A program made the translations under genes and the position numbers. The notes below the pieces were generated by a model, which was given only the letters and a program-made list of their open reading frames with translations, searched no databases and was not told the origin of the DNA. From a virus, in the UHGV virus genome UHGV-0179607: DNA of 44,632 nt. One strand, given 5' to 3'. Below are positions 10,271 through 19,058 of the stretch, piece after piece (position 1 is the stretch's first letter; each line of letters opens with the position of its first letter).

Positions 10271-10290
10271 CCAATTACGAGGATTTAGCT

Positions 10291-12702
10291 ATGGCAGCGG
10301 GTACGCTATCCGTAACGAACAATAGCAAGGCGGTAGTAGGGGTCGGCACCACGTTTACCGCGTTTAAAGCTGGCGACTTCTTAACGTTGGTGGTAGGGCA
10401 AGTCCCATACACCGTGGCAATCGCGTCCATTGAAAGCGCAACCGCGCTTACGCTGGTGCTGCCGTTCGACGGCCCAACGGCAACCGGCCTTGCGTGGGAC
10501 GGCGTTAAGCGCGATACCATGTCACTGGCAACGATGGGCGTTACCGTACAGGCACAGAAAGCGTTGCGATTGATGATCGCAGATGAAAACAACTGGCGCG
10601 CTATCTTCGGCGAAGAAGAAGAAATCTCGGTCACGCTACCGAACGGTCAAGTGGTGCAGGGTATGTCGTGGGGCTACCTGTCAAAACTGCTTAAAGACGT
10701 AGATCCTGTTGAATTGCAGGCTATCGCGGACCAGACCATCACGGCTAAAAACCAGGCGCAAGGATTCCGTAACGAGGCGGAAGGCTTCAAGAACACCGCG
10801 AATACCGCGAAAGATGCCGCAGTAGCTGCGAAGACAGCGGCGGAGACAGCTAAGTCGCAGGCCGTAACCGCTAAAACGGCAGCCGAGTCCGCAAAGACTG
10901 CCGCGGAGACAGCTAAGTCGCAGGCCGTAACCGCTAAAGACCAGGCCAAAGGATTTCGCGACGAGGCTGAAGGCTTCGCCAACAGCGCGGACGCGTCAAA
11001 GAAAGTGCCGTATGCTGGCGTAACACTACCGGCACCGACTGGAGTAAGGGATATGCTCAAGCGGTTGCGCGATTCGGTTAAGGGCGGCTTCTGGCGCGTC
11101 GATGATATTGCGCAGTTTCCATCTGGCGAGATGACCCCTTTCAGATACGGACCTGGCGTATGTGGCGGCGCGGGGGATACATTCTTTGCAATCAACGTTG
11201 ACTGGCAAACCTCGCGCGTTAAAGTTTTCTCGGGAAACAACAACGCGATCAACGGTGCGTCGGGAAGTGTTAGCGCTATCGAACTGGCTAAGCTGGGGGC
11301 TAACGGGGACGTGGAGATCGGGGACGGCGGGACCGGTGCATCGAACGACCAGGGCGCGAGAAAAAACCTTCAGGCAATGCACGAGCGACAGGCATCGTTG
11401 AATACTGAAGATCTTAACGTCCTTCAGGGTGATAAGGCTGGGTTTTATTATCAGTCCATGTCGGCTAACGCCACCCCAGAGCGTAACTATCCTACTAACA
11501 TGGCGGGTTGTTTACTGGTGCAAAGATCCGGTGCTAACGACCCGAAGAGTTGCATACAGACGTACGCTACCTACGGCGACGGTCGGCGATGGATTCGATG
11601 GTTAGGCAACGCGGCTACGGGTACCTGGTCGCAGTGGTACGAGATGTTTAATGCTGGGTCATCTCCAGAATTTAACGCATACGTAAGAGCTAAAAGCGGC
11701 GATCGAATCGTCGAAATGTTTGTAGGCGGCATTGATGTTGGCGTTCGCAACCGCACGTCGCAGAAAGTGCTACAGCTTCGTGACAACGGCGAACTGGCGT
11801 ATGACAACAAGCTGATCGCATATAACGGACTTGAAGCCAGCGGCACATTTGCTATGCGAATTCCTAGTATGAAGGTAATAACAGCAAATGGTGGCTTCCG
11901 GATCGACGGAACAGTGTCAACAAACAACCAACCACTGCACGTAACAGGGTACAACTCAGCAGGCACGCGTCTTTGGTTTTTAGGGAAGGACACCGGGACG
12001 AGCGCGCTATTCCTGAACGATATAACGTCTTCTAAAGTTGAACTGATCACGGACGGCGTTGTGCTTGGTACGAAGGATTTCGCGGGAAAAGCATACGTTC
12101 AGGCCGCAAGTTTAGAGATCGACCGCCCGAGTGGCAAGTATTTCAAAATGCTGAACGACGGCAACTCGTCACACCCCGCAACCTTCAAATTATGGGGTAA
12201 CGGGTCTGATAGGGCGTCGGTTATTGAGTGGGGTTTTGATAACGGCCCTGGGTGGGTGTTTTACGCGCAATATAATAGCAACGGCACGCGCCAGATGAAC
12301 GTTAACGGAACGGTAAACTGTACGACGGTAAACCAGTCGTCTGACCGCGAGTTGAAGGATAACATCAAGCCGATCGAGAACGCCCGCGCGGGCCTTGCTA
12401 AGATGGGTGGCTATACCTACACCCTGAAGAAAGACGGTATGCCGTACGCCGGGGTGATTGCACAGGAAGTAATGGACGTTGTGCCAGAAGCGGTGAGCAC
12501 GTTTGAGGACTACGAATACCTTGCGGGTCCAACGCAAGACGGCGAGGAACTGGTAGGGCGTCAGCGCTTCTTCCAGGTGGACTACGGCGCTATTGCTGCA
12601 TACGCGGTGCAAGTGTGTAAAGAGCAGGAAGAGGAACTGGTGTCTTTGCGTAGCGAACTGGAGGAATTGAAAGCTGCCGTAGCGGCACTGACTAAAGCAT
12701 AA
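10291..12702 (+). CDS. tail fibre protein with C-terminal intramolecular chaperone (peptidase S74-like) domain
   Basis: 803 aa; C-terminal region SDRELKDNIKPIENARAGLAKMGGYTYTLKKDG...AGVIAQEVMDVVPEAV matches the self-cleaving chaperone domain of endosialidase and T5 L-shaped tail fibre type proteins; internal tandem repeats; strong RBS. Confidence 0.8.
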   Translation: MAAGTLSVTNNSKAVVGVGTTFTAFKAGDFLTLVVGQVPYTVAIASIESATALTLVLPFDGPTATGLAWDGVKRDTMSLATMGVTVQAQKALRLMIADENNWRAIFGEEEEISVTLPNGQVVQGMSWGYLSKLLKDVDPVELQAIADQTITAKNQAQGFRNEAEGFKNTANTAKDAAVAAKTAAETAKSQAVTAKTAAESAKTAAETAKSQAVTAKDQAKGFRDEAEGFANSADASKKVPYAGVTLPAPTGVRDMLKRLRDSVKGGFWRVDDIAQFPSGEMTPFRYGPGVCGGAGDTFFAINVDWQTSRVKVFSGNNNAINGASGSVSAIELAKLGANGDVEIGDGGTGASNDQGARKNLQAMHERQASLNTEDLNVLQGDKAGFYYQSMSANATPERNYPTNMAGCLLVQRSGANDPKSCIQTYATYGDGRRWIRWLGNAATGTWSQWYEMFNAGSSPEFNAYVRAKSGDRIVEMFVGGIDVGVRNRTSQKVLQLRDNGELAYDNKLIAYNGLEASGTFAMRIPSMKVITANGGFRIDGTVSTNNQPLHVTGYNSAGTRLWFLGKDTGTSALFLNDITSSKVELITDGVVLGTKDFAGKAYVQAASLEIDRPSGKYFKMLNDGNSSHPATFKLWGNGSDRASVIEWGFDNGPGWVFYAQYNSNGTRQMNVNGTVNCTTVNQSSDRELKDNIKPIENARAGLAKMGGYTYTLKKDGMPYAGVIAQEVMDVVPEAVSTFEDYEYLAGPTQDGEELVGRQRFFQVDYGAIAAYAVQVCKEQEEELVSLRSELEELKAAVAALTKA
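10840..10938 (+). repeat. 36-bp perfect tandem-type repeat inside the tail fibre gene
   Basis: GCGGAGACAGCTAAGTCGCAGGCCGTAACCGCTAAA occurs at 10840-10875 and 10903-10938, encoding repeated AETAKSQAVTAK units. Confidence 0.7.
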
Positions 12703-12706
12703 CGGA

Positions 12707-12730
12707 AAGGGGCCATACGGCCCCTTTTTC
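12707..12730 (+). terminator. bidirectional rho-independent terminator between convergent operons
   Basis: Stem AGGGGCC / GGCCCCT with loop ATAC followed by TTTTT; sits between the tail fibre stop and the stop of the last minus-strand early gene. Confidence 0.6.
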
Positions 12731-13304
12731 AGTTTGAGTTTTCCCAGTCCATTTTGCGCCTAACCAGCGGGCTTTCGTAATATTCCTTGCCTTCCACTTC
12801 CACTAAGGGCCAATCATTAACAATCACGTATGGCTCTGCGATATCCTCAATCACGCCGTGCGCGCTTTGCGGCCCTAACGATACACCCACCAGGATAACA
12901 CCGGCAACGCGACGTAACAGATACTCGCGAGCGCAACGCGCCTCAACCAGTCCGCGACGGATGCCGCTGGTAGCTTTGACCTCGTATGTCCAGACGGCGT
13001 CAATCACATGTTCGCGGAAGTCGGGGCCGGATTTTACCTTGCGCTTGCCGACCATGATAATATCGCCGCGGTCAATGGTGTTGGCGCTAAATAGGCCAGT
13101 ACGCATTAGCAAACCTTGCGGGATACAGCTACGCCCGCCAGCCTGCCCTTCGAGGTACATGCCCGCAAACATTTCACCCAGCACACCGACGAGTCTGCTT
13201 TGCTTGCAAGCGTCGGACTTGTATCGCCACTGGTCAAACTCGATGCTTGCTATCATTGCTGCAAGGTGGAATTGTTTACCTGATATTTCATATTCGCCGT
13301 ACAT
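12729..13304 (-). CDS. hypothetical protein (possible PD-(D/E)XK-like motif)
   Basis: 191 aa, ATG 13304 with GAGGG SD; segment GDIIMVGKRK...DAVWTYEVKAT loosely resembles a D...E-x-K nuclease core; assignment weak. Confidence 0.4.
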   Translation of the reverse strand: MYGEYEISGKQFHLAAMIASIEFDQWRYKSDACKQSRLVGVLGEMFAGMYLEGQAGGRSCIPQGLLMRTGLFSANTIDRGDIIMVGKRKVKSGPDFREHVIDAVWTYEVKATSGIRRGLVEARCAREYLLRRVAGVILVGVSLGPQSAHGVIEDIAEPYVIVNDWPLVEVEGKEYYESPLVRRKMDWENSN

Positions 13305-13346
13305 TGTGAATCCCTCATTGATGCGGGCAGAAGCCCGCTATTAGCA

Positions 13347-13868
13347 TTATTTAAGTGCGCTTTGTACCAGTGTTTTTTCCATGTTGCGGAAGTCTTCCGG
13401 CGTCATGAGGATTTTGGATCCGTCTTCTCCGGTGAGCACGACCATAGGCTGGACGTCATGATCTGCGATGCCAAAATTAGCGGCTTTAACCATCTTGCCC
13501 TCAGATGAAGAGGGATGCCACGTACCGGCGGAGGCGATGGGCCAGCCTTTGAGGCTTTCAAATTGCTCTGCCGTTGTATCGATCTGAATCTCGTCATGCA
13601 CGGTCATGTAAGACTCGCCCAGCAAGGCGGCATACGCAACCAGGTCCACGATGTTATCTTCCTGGTGCTTACGGCACTGTCGCACCAGCTTCAGGCAGAT
13701 CAGGAAGGTCCAGGCTTCTTGCTCGGACAGGTCGCGCCCGGTAAGCGCGTTAAACACGGCGGCGGTCTGTTTAGCGCTGCGTTCTTCTTTCGCGTTGTCA
13801 TAGCCGTTTTCTTTCCCGCGCTGTTCCATAGTGGTGGCGGCGTTTTTGCAGTATTCGTATGCTTTCAT
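13347..13868 (-). CDS. hypothetical protein
   Basis: 173 aa, ATG 13868 with AGGA SD; no recognisable motif. Confidence 0.45.
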   Translation of the reverse strand: MKAYEYCKNAATTMEQRGKENGYDNAKEERSAKQTAAVFNALTGRDLSEQEAWTFLICLKLVRQCRKHQEDNIVDLVAYAALLGESYMTVHDEIQIDTTAEQFESLKGWPIASAGTWHPSSSEGKMVKAANFGIADHDVQPMVVLTGEDGSKILMTPEDFRNMEKTLVQSALK

Positions 13869-13920
13869 TATGTTTTCCTTTTAGTGGGGGCGGTATTGCC
13901 CCCGACGTGATTAAGATACT

Positions 13921-13942
13921 GCAACCAACCTATTGGTTGCAA
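13921..13942. promoter_or_regulatory. perfect palindromic operator-like site TGCAACCAA-CCTA-TTGGTTGCA
   Basis: Both half-sites are the 9-bp motif found in most promoter regions of this genome; located upstream of the gene starting at 13868. Confidence 0.4.
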
Positions 13943-14400
13943 GTGAATTTTGCAACGTTTATCGCATAAATTTTCGGGACCAGATCGCCGCACGCCCGAC
14001 GAATTGCCGCGATGTTCTTCGGACAGTCTTCAATGATGACCAGTTCCGACACGTCCGCATAGCAGACCATTTGGAACACAGCGCACGCCTTAAACTCTGG
14101 TGGCGGGGTGTCGTCCAGCATGTGGCGCATAAACAACCGGCCTGTCGGGAAGATCTCCAATTGCTCGGCGGTAGTGTCCCAACATTCTCGCTGCCGGTTG
14201 GTCAGATACGCGATCTCGAAGCCACGCTCTTTGTACATGCGCAACAGCGGCAGCATATCCATGTTCAGGTCTTCGCGTACATGCGCTTTGTGCCACTTCG
14301 CCCAAAAGGTGGATTTAGTTTTTATGCCCGGCACCAGGTCGGCGCGCGCATCGCTTGAACCGTTAATAACTCCATCCAAATCGCAAATAAGTAATTTCAT
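13930..14400 (-). CDS. HAD-superfamily phosphatase (polynucleotide/nucleotide phosphatase-like)
   Basis: N-terminal MKLLICDLDGVING contains the HAD motif I DxDG(V/T); 156 aa; ATGA overlap with the upstream gene. Confidence 0.55.
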   Translation of the reverse strand: MKLLICDLDGVINGSSDARADLVPGIKTKSTFWAKWHKAHVREDLNMDMLPLLRMYKERGFEIAYLTNRQRECWDTTAEQLEIFPTGRLFMRHMLDDTPPPEFKACAVFQMVCYADVSELVIIEDCPKNIAAIRRACGDLVPKIYAINVAKFTCNQ

Positions 14401-14621
14401 TTTAGGCTCTCAATAAGGGTGGCTCGGGCGCTACGCGCGGTGTAAGAGTTGCACACGAAATGACAACGTCGGGTCATGACAAGCCAACCGGTGAGGTCAA
14501 GGCCCAGGATGTATTCGGGGCGAGACGCGCGCACCACACGATCGCGGCGTGGGTCGATGTTATAGTCTTTTTGCATTTGGTCTACGACCGCGTGGTTGCG
14601 GTCAACGATTAAGATATTCAC
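14397..14621 (-). CDS. hypothetical protein
   Basis: 74 aa; GTG start at 14621 preceded by AAGGAG at optimal spacing. Confidence 0.4.
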   Translation of the reverse strand: MNILIVDRNHAVVDQMQKDYNIDPRRDRVVRASRPEYILGLDLTGWLVMTRRCHFVCNSYTARSARATLIESLK

Positions 14622-15087
14622 GTAGTTCTCCTTCGCTCATTATTTCAATTTGTGCGCTGCCGACTGGCGGCGCTTCGTCAAATATTATTAATTGCTGACA
14701 CTTGTTATTGCTCGGCCCGACTTCACCGGTGACGGCGTGAATAAATCGGATACGCCAATCCAGAAGAATTATCAGGTTTGCAGTCTTCCTGGCCAGCTTC
14801 GCCCACTTCGTCGACGTGTCCTGATTCAGCAGCATGACAGTCCGGCGTCCGTGCGCTGCGCACTCGACCCACGGCAGCGGATCGGAATATGGCGGGTTGC
14901 ACCATTTCCACCCTTTCAACTCGGACCAGTCAGCATCAAGCGCGCTGTGCTCCGCAGTGAAGTAACGCGGTAGCAGGTGGTTGGTGTCGCTTGCCGCCAT
15001 ATCGTAACGGAATCGGTATTTCCGACGAAGCGGTTTAAATAAAGCTGGCGGCGTGCGCCAGCTATCTTTTTGTTCACTCTCCGTCAT
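14602..15087 (-). CDS. DNA N6-adenine methyltransferase (phage Dam-like)
   Basis: N-terminal WRTPPALF motif and catalytic CNPPYS (D/N-PPY) motif characteristic of phage Dam-type N6-adenine methyltransferases; start taken at ATG 15087 (ORF track begins at an upstream TTG). Confidence 0.7.
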   Translation of the reverse strand: MTESEQKDSWRTPPALFKPLRRKYRFRYDMAASDTNHLLPRYFTAEHSALDADWSELKGWKWCNPPYSDPLPWVECAAHGRRTVMLLNQDTSTKWAKLARKTANLIILLDWRIRFIHAVTGEVGPSNNKCQQLIIFDEAPPVGSAQIEIMSEGELREYLNR

Positions 15088-15538
15088 TCTGCGGGTCCAG
15101 TGCATACAGGGCAATTTTATCGCCGGTCTTGAGAATGCGTTGCACGCGCTTTGATTCCTCGAATCCCAGCGGTCTGTTGTCGGGGTAGTAGCTGCCGTTT
15201 GTGCCGTTACGCCACGCTATAAGCACCAAGTCTTTACGGTCGATCTTAGACTGGCGACCTTTCGGTCGTACGTACTCCTCCGCACGTTTGCAATGCTCGC
15301 GCAGACCTTCGGCAGTGATCCGGTTTAACGCCACGCTGGTGGTGTATCCGGTGCGCTGCATAATCCCCATCAACTCGAAAAGCAGTTCGAAGCGCTCCTC
15401 TAGCTCCTGGCGCACTTTCTTCTCGCCTTCATATAGCGCCTGGTTGGTGTCCGCCACCGCGTTCGCCCGTTCGGCCTGTTCACGGGCTTCGAGGCATTGC
15501 GCGGCCCAGTATGCTTTTTCTTCTTGTAAAATTTTCAT
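15074..15538 (-). CDS. hypothetical protein
   Basis: 154 aa, ATG 15538 with GGAG SD; charged, helical N-terminal half; no motif recognised. Confidence 0.45.
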   Translation of the reverse strand: MKILQEEKAYWAAQCLEAREQAERANAVADTNQALYEGEKKVRQELEERFELLFELMGIMQRTGYTTSVALNRITAEGLREHCKRAEEYVRPKGRQSKIDRKDLVLIAWRNGTNGSYYPDNRPLGFEESKRVQRILKTGDKIALYALDPQNDGE

Positions 15539-15781
15539 TTATTTAGTCTCCGTAGTGCGGATTTCATCGCGTGGAATAAATTTGCCGTCCATCTCAACCC
15601 AGCAGACACCATAGCGCCATTGGGTGTTACGACCTGTTTGCTCTGCGTACACAGTCCGGCATTCGTAGCGTTCCGAGTAGTAGACACCCGCGGCAGGTAC
15701 GAAAACACAAACTGCGATCATGAGGGTGAGGAGCACCCAAAATCGAAGGTCGCCGTCGTAGTCGAAAAATAATGATTTCAT
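15539..15781 (-). CDS. small membrane protein (hypothetical)
   Basis: 80 aa; one strongly hydrophobic segment WVLLTLMIAVCVFVPAAGVYY; GGAG SD upstream. Confidence 0.4.
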   Translation of the reverse strand: MKSLFFDYDGDLRFWVLLTLMIAVCVFVPAAGVYYSERYECRTVYAEQTGRNTQWRYGVCWVEMDGKFIPRDEIRTTETK

Positions 15782-15800
15782 CGTGTTGTCTCCAGGTATT

Positions 15801-15826
15801 AAAAAGGGCGTCCAAACCGGACACCC
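15801..15826 (-). terminator. possible minus-strand attenuator/terminator hairpin
   Basis: On the minus strand GGGUGUCC-GGUUUG-GACGCCC followed by UUUUU; lies between two copies of TGCAACCAA (15836-15861) and the gene start at 15781. Confidence 0.35.
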
Positions 15827-15862
15827 TCAATATAATGCAACCAATATGGTTATGCAACCAAT

Positions 15863-16186
15863 TTACGAATAAAAATTTGGGTCGCGCGCTACGTCTACCA
15901 GATACAGATTGCTGATTCGGTTGCCGTAGTGGCCTGGTGTGCGCTGGCGGCACACAACGGCGTAGCCTGGAGGAATTGTATTGCCAGTCTCAATAATCCA
16001 CGCCACGCGCGCGCCAGATAGCGTCTTGCCGTTGCACTCGATGCGCGTGCCACCATCGGCAGTGTTAAGGTTGCCGATCTTGCAGCCTGTGGACTTCAGG
16101 CGAATGACGCCGGTCTTGCTGTCGTAGGAAAAAAGCTGATTGGTCATTGCCACTGAAAAGTCGATGGCGTCGAATGCAGTATTCAT
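15863..16186 (-). CDS. hypothetical protein, possibly degenerate HNH-like
   Basis: 107 aa; pattern ...NGKTLSGARVAWIIETGNTIPPGYAVV...GNRISNLYLV resembles phage HNH_3-type endonuclease cores but lacks the canonical His; weak. Confidence 0.3.
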   Translation of the reverse strand: MNTAFDAIDFSVAMTNQLFSYDSKTGVIRLKSTGCKIGNLNTADGGTRIECNGKTLSGARVAWIIETGNTIPPGYAVVCRQRTPGHYGNRISNLYLVDVARDPNFYS

Positions 16187-16878
16187 TTTAAATTTTCCTC
16201 GTTAACCGCTATCGCGAAGCCGCGCGGGGTGAGCGACCTGATTAATTTTGTGCGGGCTGATTTGCCTCCGAGGCGACTATACTGCTTCGAGTACCCTTTT
16301 TCAACGAAAACAGGTTTCTTCTCTGGCATACGGAAGCCGTTGCCGGTCCATAAGCAGGTCAGCTTCGGATATGAATCGCGGGCGTTGATGTATTCCGGGA
16401 ATAACGGGTGCACGTCATCCTCCGGCAGATATCCGCCATACTCCCACGGATCAAACGAGTGGTCCGGCTTACGCCATTGAGTTGATAGCACGCTGCGCGG
16501 ATTCTCAATCATATATGGCACTTCGAAGAAGTCACCCAGGTAAGCGGCGATCTTCGCGGTGCGCACCGCCTTAAGCTGAAAGGCTGGGTCTTTTGCACGC
16601 TTGCGCGGGAAAGCTGGCGCACCGCTCACCGCCAGATCCGTACACGGCGGGAATGCGTAGATGATATCCGGCGCGCCGAAATCGCCATTCATCGCGCGGT
16701 CTACAAAGTCCAGATCGATAAACTCATTACGATAGCGGATCCCGCGACCATAAATCCGGTAGTCCAGGTAAGACCCATGATCGGCTTCGGAGTAGTTGAA
16801 GCAATAACACTTATGCCCCATCTCGGCAGCACGCTCAATCATCAAGCCGCTGCCGTCAAATAATGACCAGATAATCAT
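16183..16878 (-). CDS. putative DNA cytosine-5 methyltransferase-like protein
   Basis: LFDGSG (motif I-like), FPPCTDLAVSG (PC motif IV-like) and IENPRSV (ENV motif VI-like); only 231 aa, so a short or atypical member; ATGA overlap with helicase gene. Confidence 0.45.
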   Translation of the reverse strand: MIIWSLFDGSGLMIERAAEMGHKCYCFNYSEADHGSYLDYRIYGRGIRYRNEFIDLDFVDRAMNGDFGAPDIIYAFPPCTDLAVSGAPAFPRKRAKDPAFQLKAVRTAKIAAYLGDFFEVPYMIENPRSVLSTQWRKPDHSFDPWEYGGYLPEDDVHPLFPEYINARDSYPKLTCLWTGNGFRMPEKKPVFVEKGYSKQYSRLGGKSARTKLIRSLTPRGFAIAVNEENLK

Positions 16879-18299
16879 TTGCGCGCCTTTTTAGCTTTCA
16901 TGTATTCCATCAAATCGTCCTGAATATCCCGCTTACTGTCGCGACGCTCGGCGACCAGTTCGTCAAGTGTGCCGCGCGCCTGGATAATGTAGACGAATAC
17001 CGGACGAGGGTGTCCGGCTTGCATCTGGCGAACCGGCCCGATACGCTCCACGATCTGCGAAAAGTGCTCAAAGTTCCAGGTGTCTGAGAAGATAGCAAGG
17101 TGGTGTCCGCCATCCTGCAAGTTAAGGCCGTGACCCGCCGATGCCGGGTGTGCGAACATGATGGGGATCTCGCCCCTGTTCCACGCTTCCATATCCTTAT
17201 TGCCTTGCTTTCCCTTACCCATAGCGACGCCGTGTGGGAATTTCTTCTTAAGACGTGCCAAGTCATGCTTGTACTGGTATGCGACGAGCAACGGTGCGCC
17301 GTTCAACTCCTCCACGATACTTTCCAGCGCGTCCAGCTTAGCGTCGTGAATTTTCACCCATTCGTCGGTCCGTTCGCCGTCTTCGTCGACCTTATACACG
17401 GCCCCGGAAGCAAGCTGAAGGCACTTAATAGTCTTCGACGCAGCGTTCGCCGCCTCCACCGTTCCGCTTTCCAGTTCGGCAAATAGCTCCGCTTCGAACT
17501 GGTCATAAATCTTGCGGGCTTTCTTAGGCAGGTCCACAACAACAGGCGTATAGATTGGCTTGTCACATCCGAAGTATTCAGCCGCGTCAACGGTAAGGGA
17601 TACGTCGGACAGACGTTGTTGTATTTCTTTCTCGGAGTTTTTTAGCGGGGCGTGCTGCATAGTGAAGCTGCCAGGCTTAACAGGCTTGCTAATAAACCAG
17701 CGGTCTGTGAATGCCTTATAACTACTGCCGAGGCGTTCGCCACCGTCGACAAACCACGTCTGACCCCACAGGTCTTTCAGTCCGTTTGGCGCGGGTGTGC
17801 CGGTTAGGTTAATCCAGCGCTTGACGCGCTTATGTGCGATCGCTGCCAGCGCACGGGCGCGCTTACTCCCCTGCTTGCTTCGATAGCCTTTCAGCTTAGT
17901 CGATTCATCGGCAACCACGACCGTAAAGGGCCATTCGTCGCCGCAATACTCAACAAGCCACTCAACTACATCATAGTTGATACAAACCACGTTAGCGTCG
18001 CTCTCAAGCGCGGCGATGCGGTCCTTCTCCGACCCAGTGCCATCTACTACCAGCAAGGCGGGGAAGCGCCATTTTTCCTGTTCCGGGGGCCATGTGCCGG
18101 ATGCAACGCGCAGCGGGGCCAGCACCAATACTCGGTCCTCCTGGTTGGACAGGATACCAGTCTGGAACATTTTATTCAGCGCCCACATAGTCGCGCCGGT
18201 TTTACCCGACCCCATTGTCGCCCAAATATTGCAGCGCTTATGCTTGAGGATGAACGCGGTTATCAACTTCTGATATTCGCGACGTCGGAAACGTGCCAT
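16875..18299 (-). CDS. superfamily-2 DNA helicase
   Basis: Walker A GSGKTG and Walker B/DExx VVADESTKLK; start taken at ATG 18299 (MARFRRREYQ...), the track start being further upstream. Confidence 0.7.
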   Translation of the reverse strand: MARFRRREYQKLITAFILKHKRCNIWATMGSGKTGATMWALNKMFQTGILSNQEDRVLVLAPLRVASGTWPPEQEKWRFPALLVVDGTGSEKDRIAALESDANVVCINYDVVEWLVEYCGDEWPFTVVVADESTKLKGYRSKQGSKRARALAAIAHKRVKRWINLTGTPAPNGLKDLWGQTWFVDGGERLGSSYKAFTDRWFISKPVKPGSFTMQHAPLKNSEKEIQQRLSDVSLTVDAAEYFGCDKPIYTPVVVDLPKKARKIYDQFEAELFAELESGTVEAANAASKTIKCLQLASGAVYKVDEDGERTDEWVKIHDAKLDALESIVEELNGAPLLVAYQYKHDLARLKKKFPHGVAMGKGKQGNKDMEAWNRGEIPIMFAHPASAGHGLNLQDGGHHLAIFSDTWNFEHFSQIVERIGPVRQMQAGHPRPVFVYIIQARGTLDELVAERRDSKRDIQDDLMEYMKAKKARK

Positions 18300-18303
18300 A
18301 TCT

Positions 18304-18522
18304 TTATTCCGCCTTTTTCCAGACTTCGGTTTCACTGTTCCAATTCCTTTTTGTGGCGTCGTAGTTGGTGCGGTGCCCGATGTGCACACCCGTCGCCCGG
18401 AAGCTCTTAAATTTTTGCCAGCATACCGTCAACGGCAGCGGGTCATTCATGCCCGCGATAAACCATACGCGATCGCCCGGTTTACATTCGCCCAGCTTGG
18501 TGAGTCGGTAATGATCTTTCAT
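18304..18522 (-). CDS. hypothetical protein
   Basis: About 72 aa; GGGAG SD 9 nt upstream of ATG 18522. Confidence 0.35.
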   Translation of the reverse strand: MKDHYRLTKLGECKPGDRVWFIAGMNDPLPLTVCWQKFKSFRATGVHIGHRTNYDATKRNWNSETEVWKKAE

Positions 18523-18565
18523 CGTCATGTCTCCCAAAAATGGCGGGACAAGCCCGCCGTATTAA

Positions 18566-18739
18566 TTATTTTTGCTCTGCGCGGTAGCGGCGCTGCCGTT
18601 CGCGCTCTTTTTTATTGCGGCACGATTTGCACTCGGCACGATACCCGTCCGGGCTGCGTGCAGTCTTACCGGTGTATTTGTGGAACTGGGATAGCGGTTT
18701 AACGCAGCCGCAATTACTGCAACGTTTTTCTTCAATCAT
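18566..18739 (-). CDS. small zinc-ribbon protein
   Basis: 57 aa from ATG 18739 with GAGGA SD; CSNCG...CKSC four-Cys arrangement; preceded by promoter-like TTGCTG-17-TATAGT. Confidence 0.4.
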   Translation of the reverse strand: MIEEKRCSNCGCVKPLSQFHKYTGKTARSPDGYRAECKSCRNKKERERQRRYRAEQK

Positions 18740-18779
18740 CTCTAAAATCCTCGATATGGCTAACCGGCACACTATACCG

Positions 18780-19058
18780 CTATGCGACCAATTCAGCAAC
18801 CAATAAATCACAGTCGGCGATGTTGTCTATAACGCGAACGTCAGCACCGCGGCGGGCCATCCGCTCATGTTCACGTACCTGGTGCGGCTTCGGTTTTCCT
18901 CCGGGGCGCTTCACTTCGACGAACACTATTTTGCCGTTGATTATAATAATCAGGTCGGGCGCACCTGCGCGCCCCTCCCATGCCAGTTTGCGGCAGAATC
19001 CGCCGACCTCTTTCACCCGTCGCATCAGGTGACTTTGAATCTTGCCTTCTGGTGTCAT
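18780..19058 (-). CDS. VRR-NUC domain nuclease
   Basis: 92 aa; FVEVKRPGGKPKPHQVREHERMARRGADVRV matches the VRR-NUC signature (E-V-K core followed by Q); GGAG SD. Confidence 0.65.
   Translation of the reverse strand: MTPEGKIQSHLMRRVKEVGGFCRKLAWEGRAGAPDLIIIINGKIVFVEVKRPGGKPKPHQVREHERMARRGADVRVIDNIADCDLLVAELVA

Noticed and set aside
10275-10634. 119-aa minus-strand ORF overlapping the 5' end of the tail fibre gene
   Set aside because: Antisense to the well-supported tail fibre N-terminus and would start inside the promoter region of the lipoprotein gene; no RBS.
12787-13344. 185-aa plus-strand ORF opposite the last minus-strand early gene
   Set aside because: Pro/Ser/Thr/Arg-rich shadow frame antisense to a minus-strand ORF that has a GAGGG RBS and fits the operon packing.
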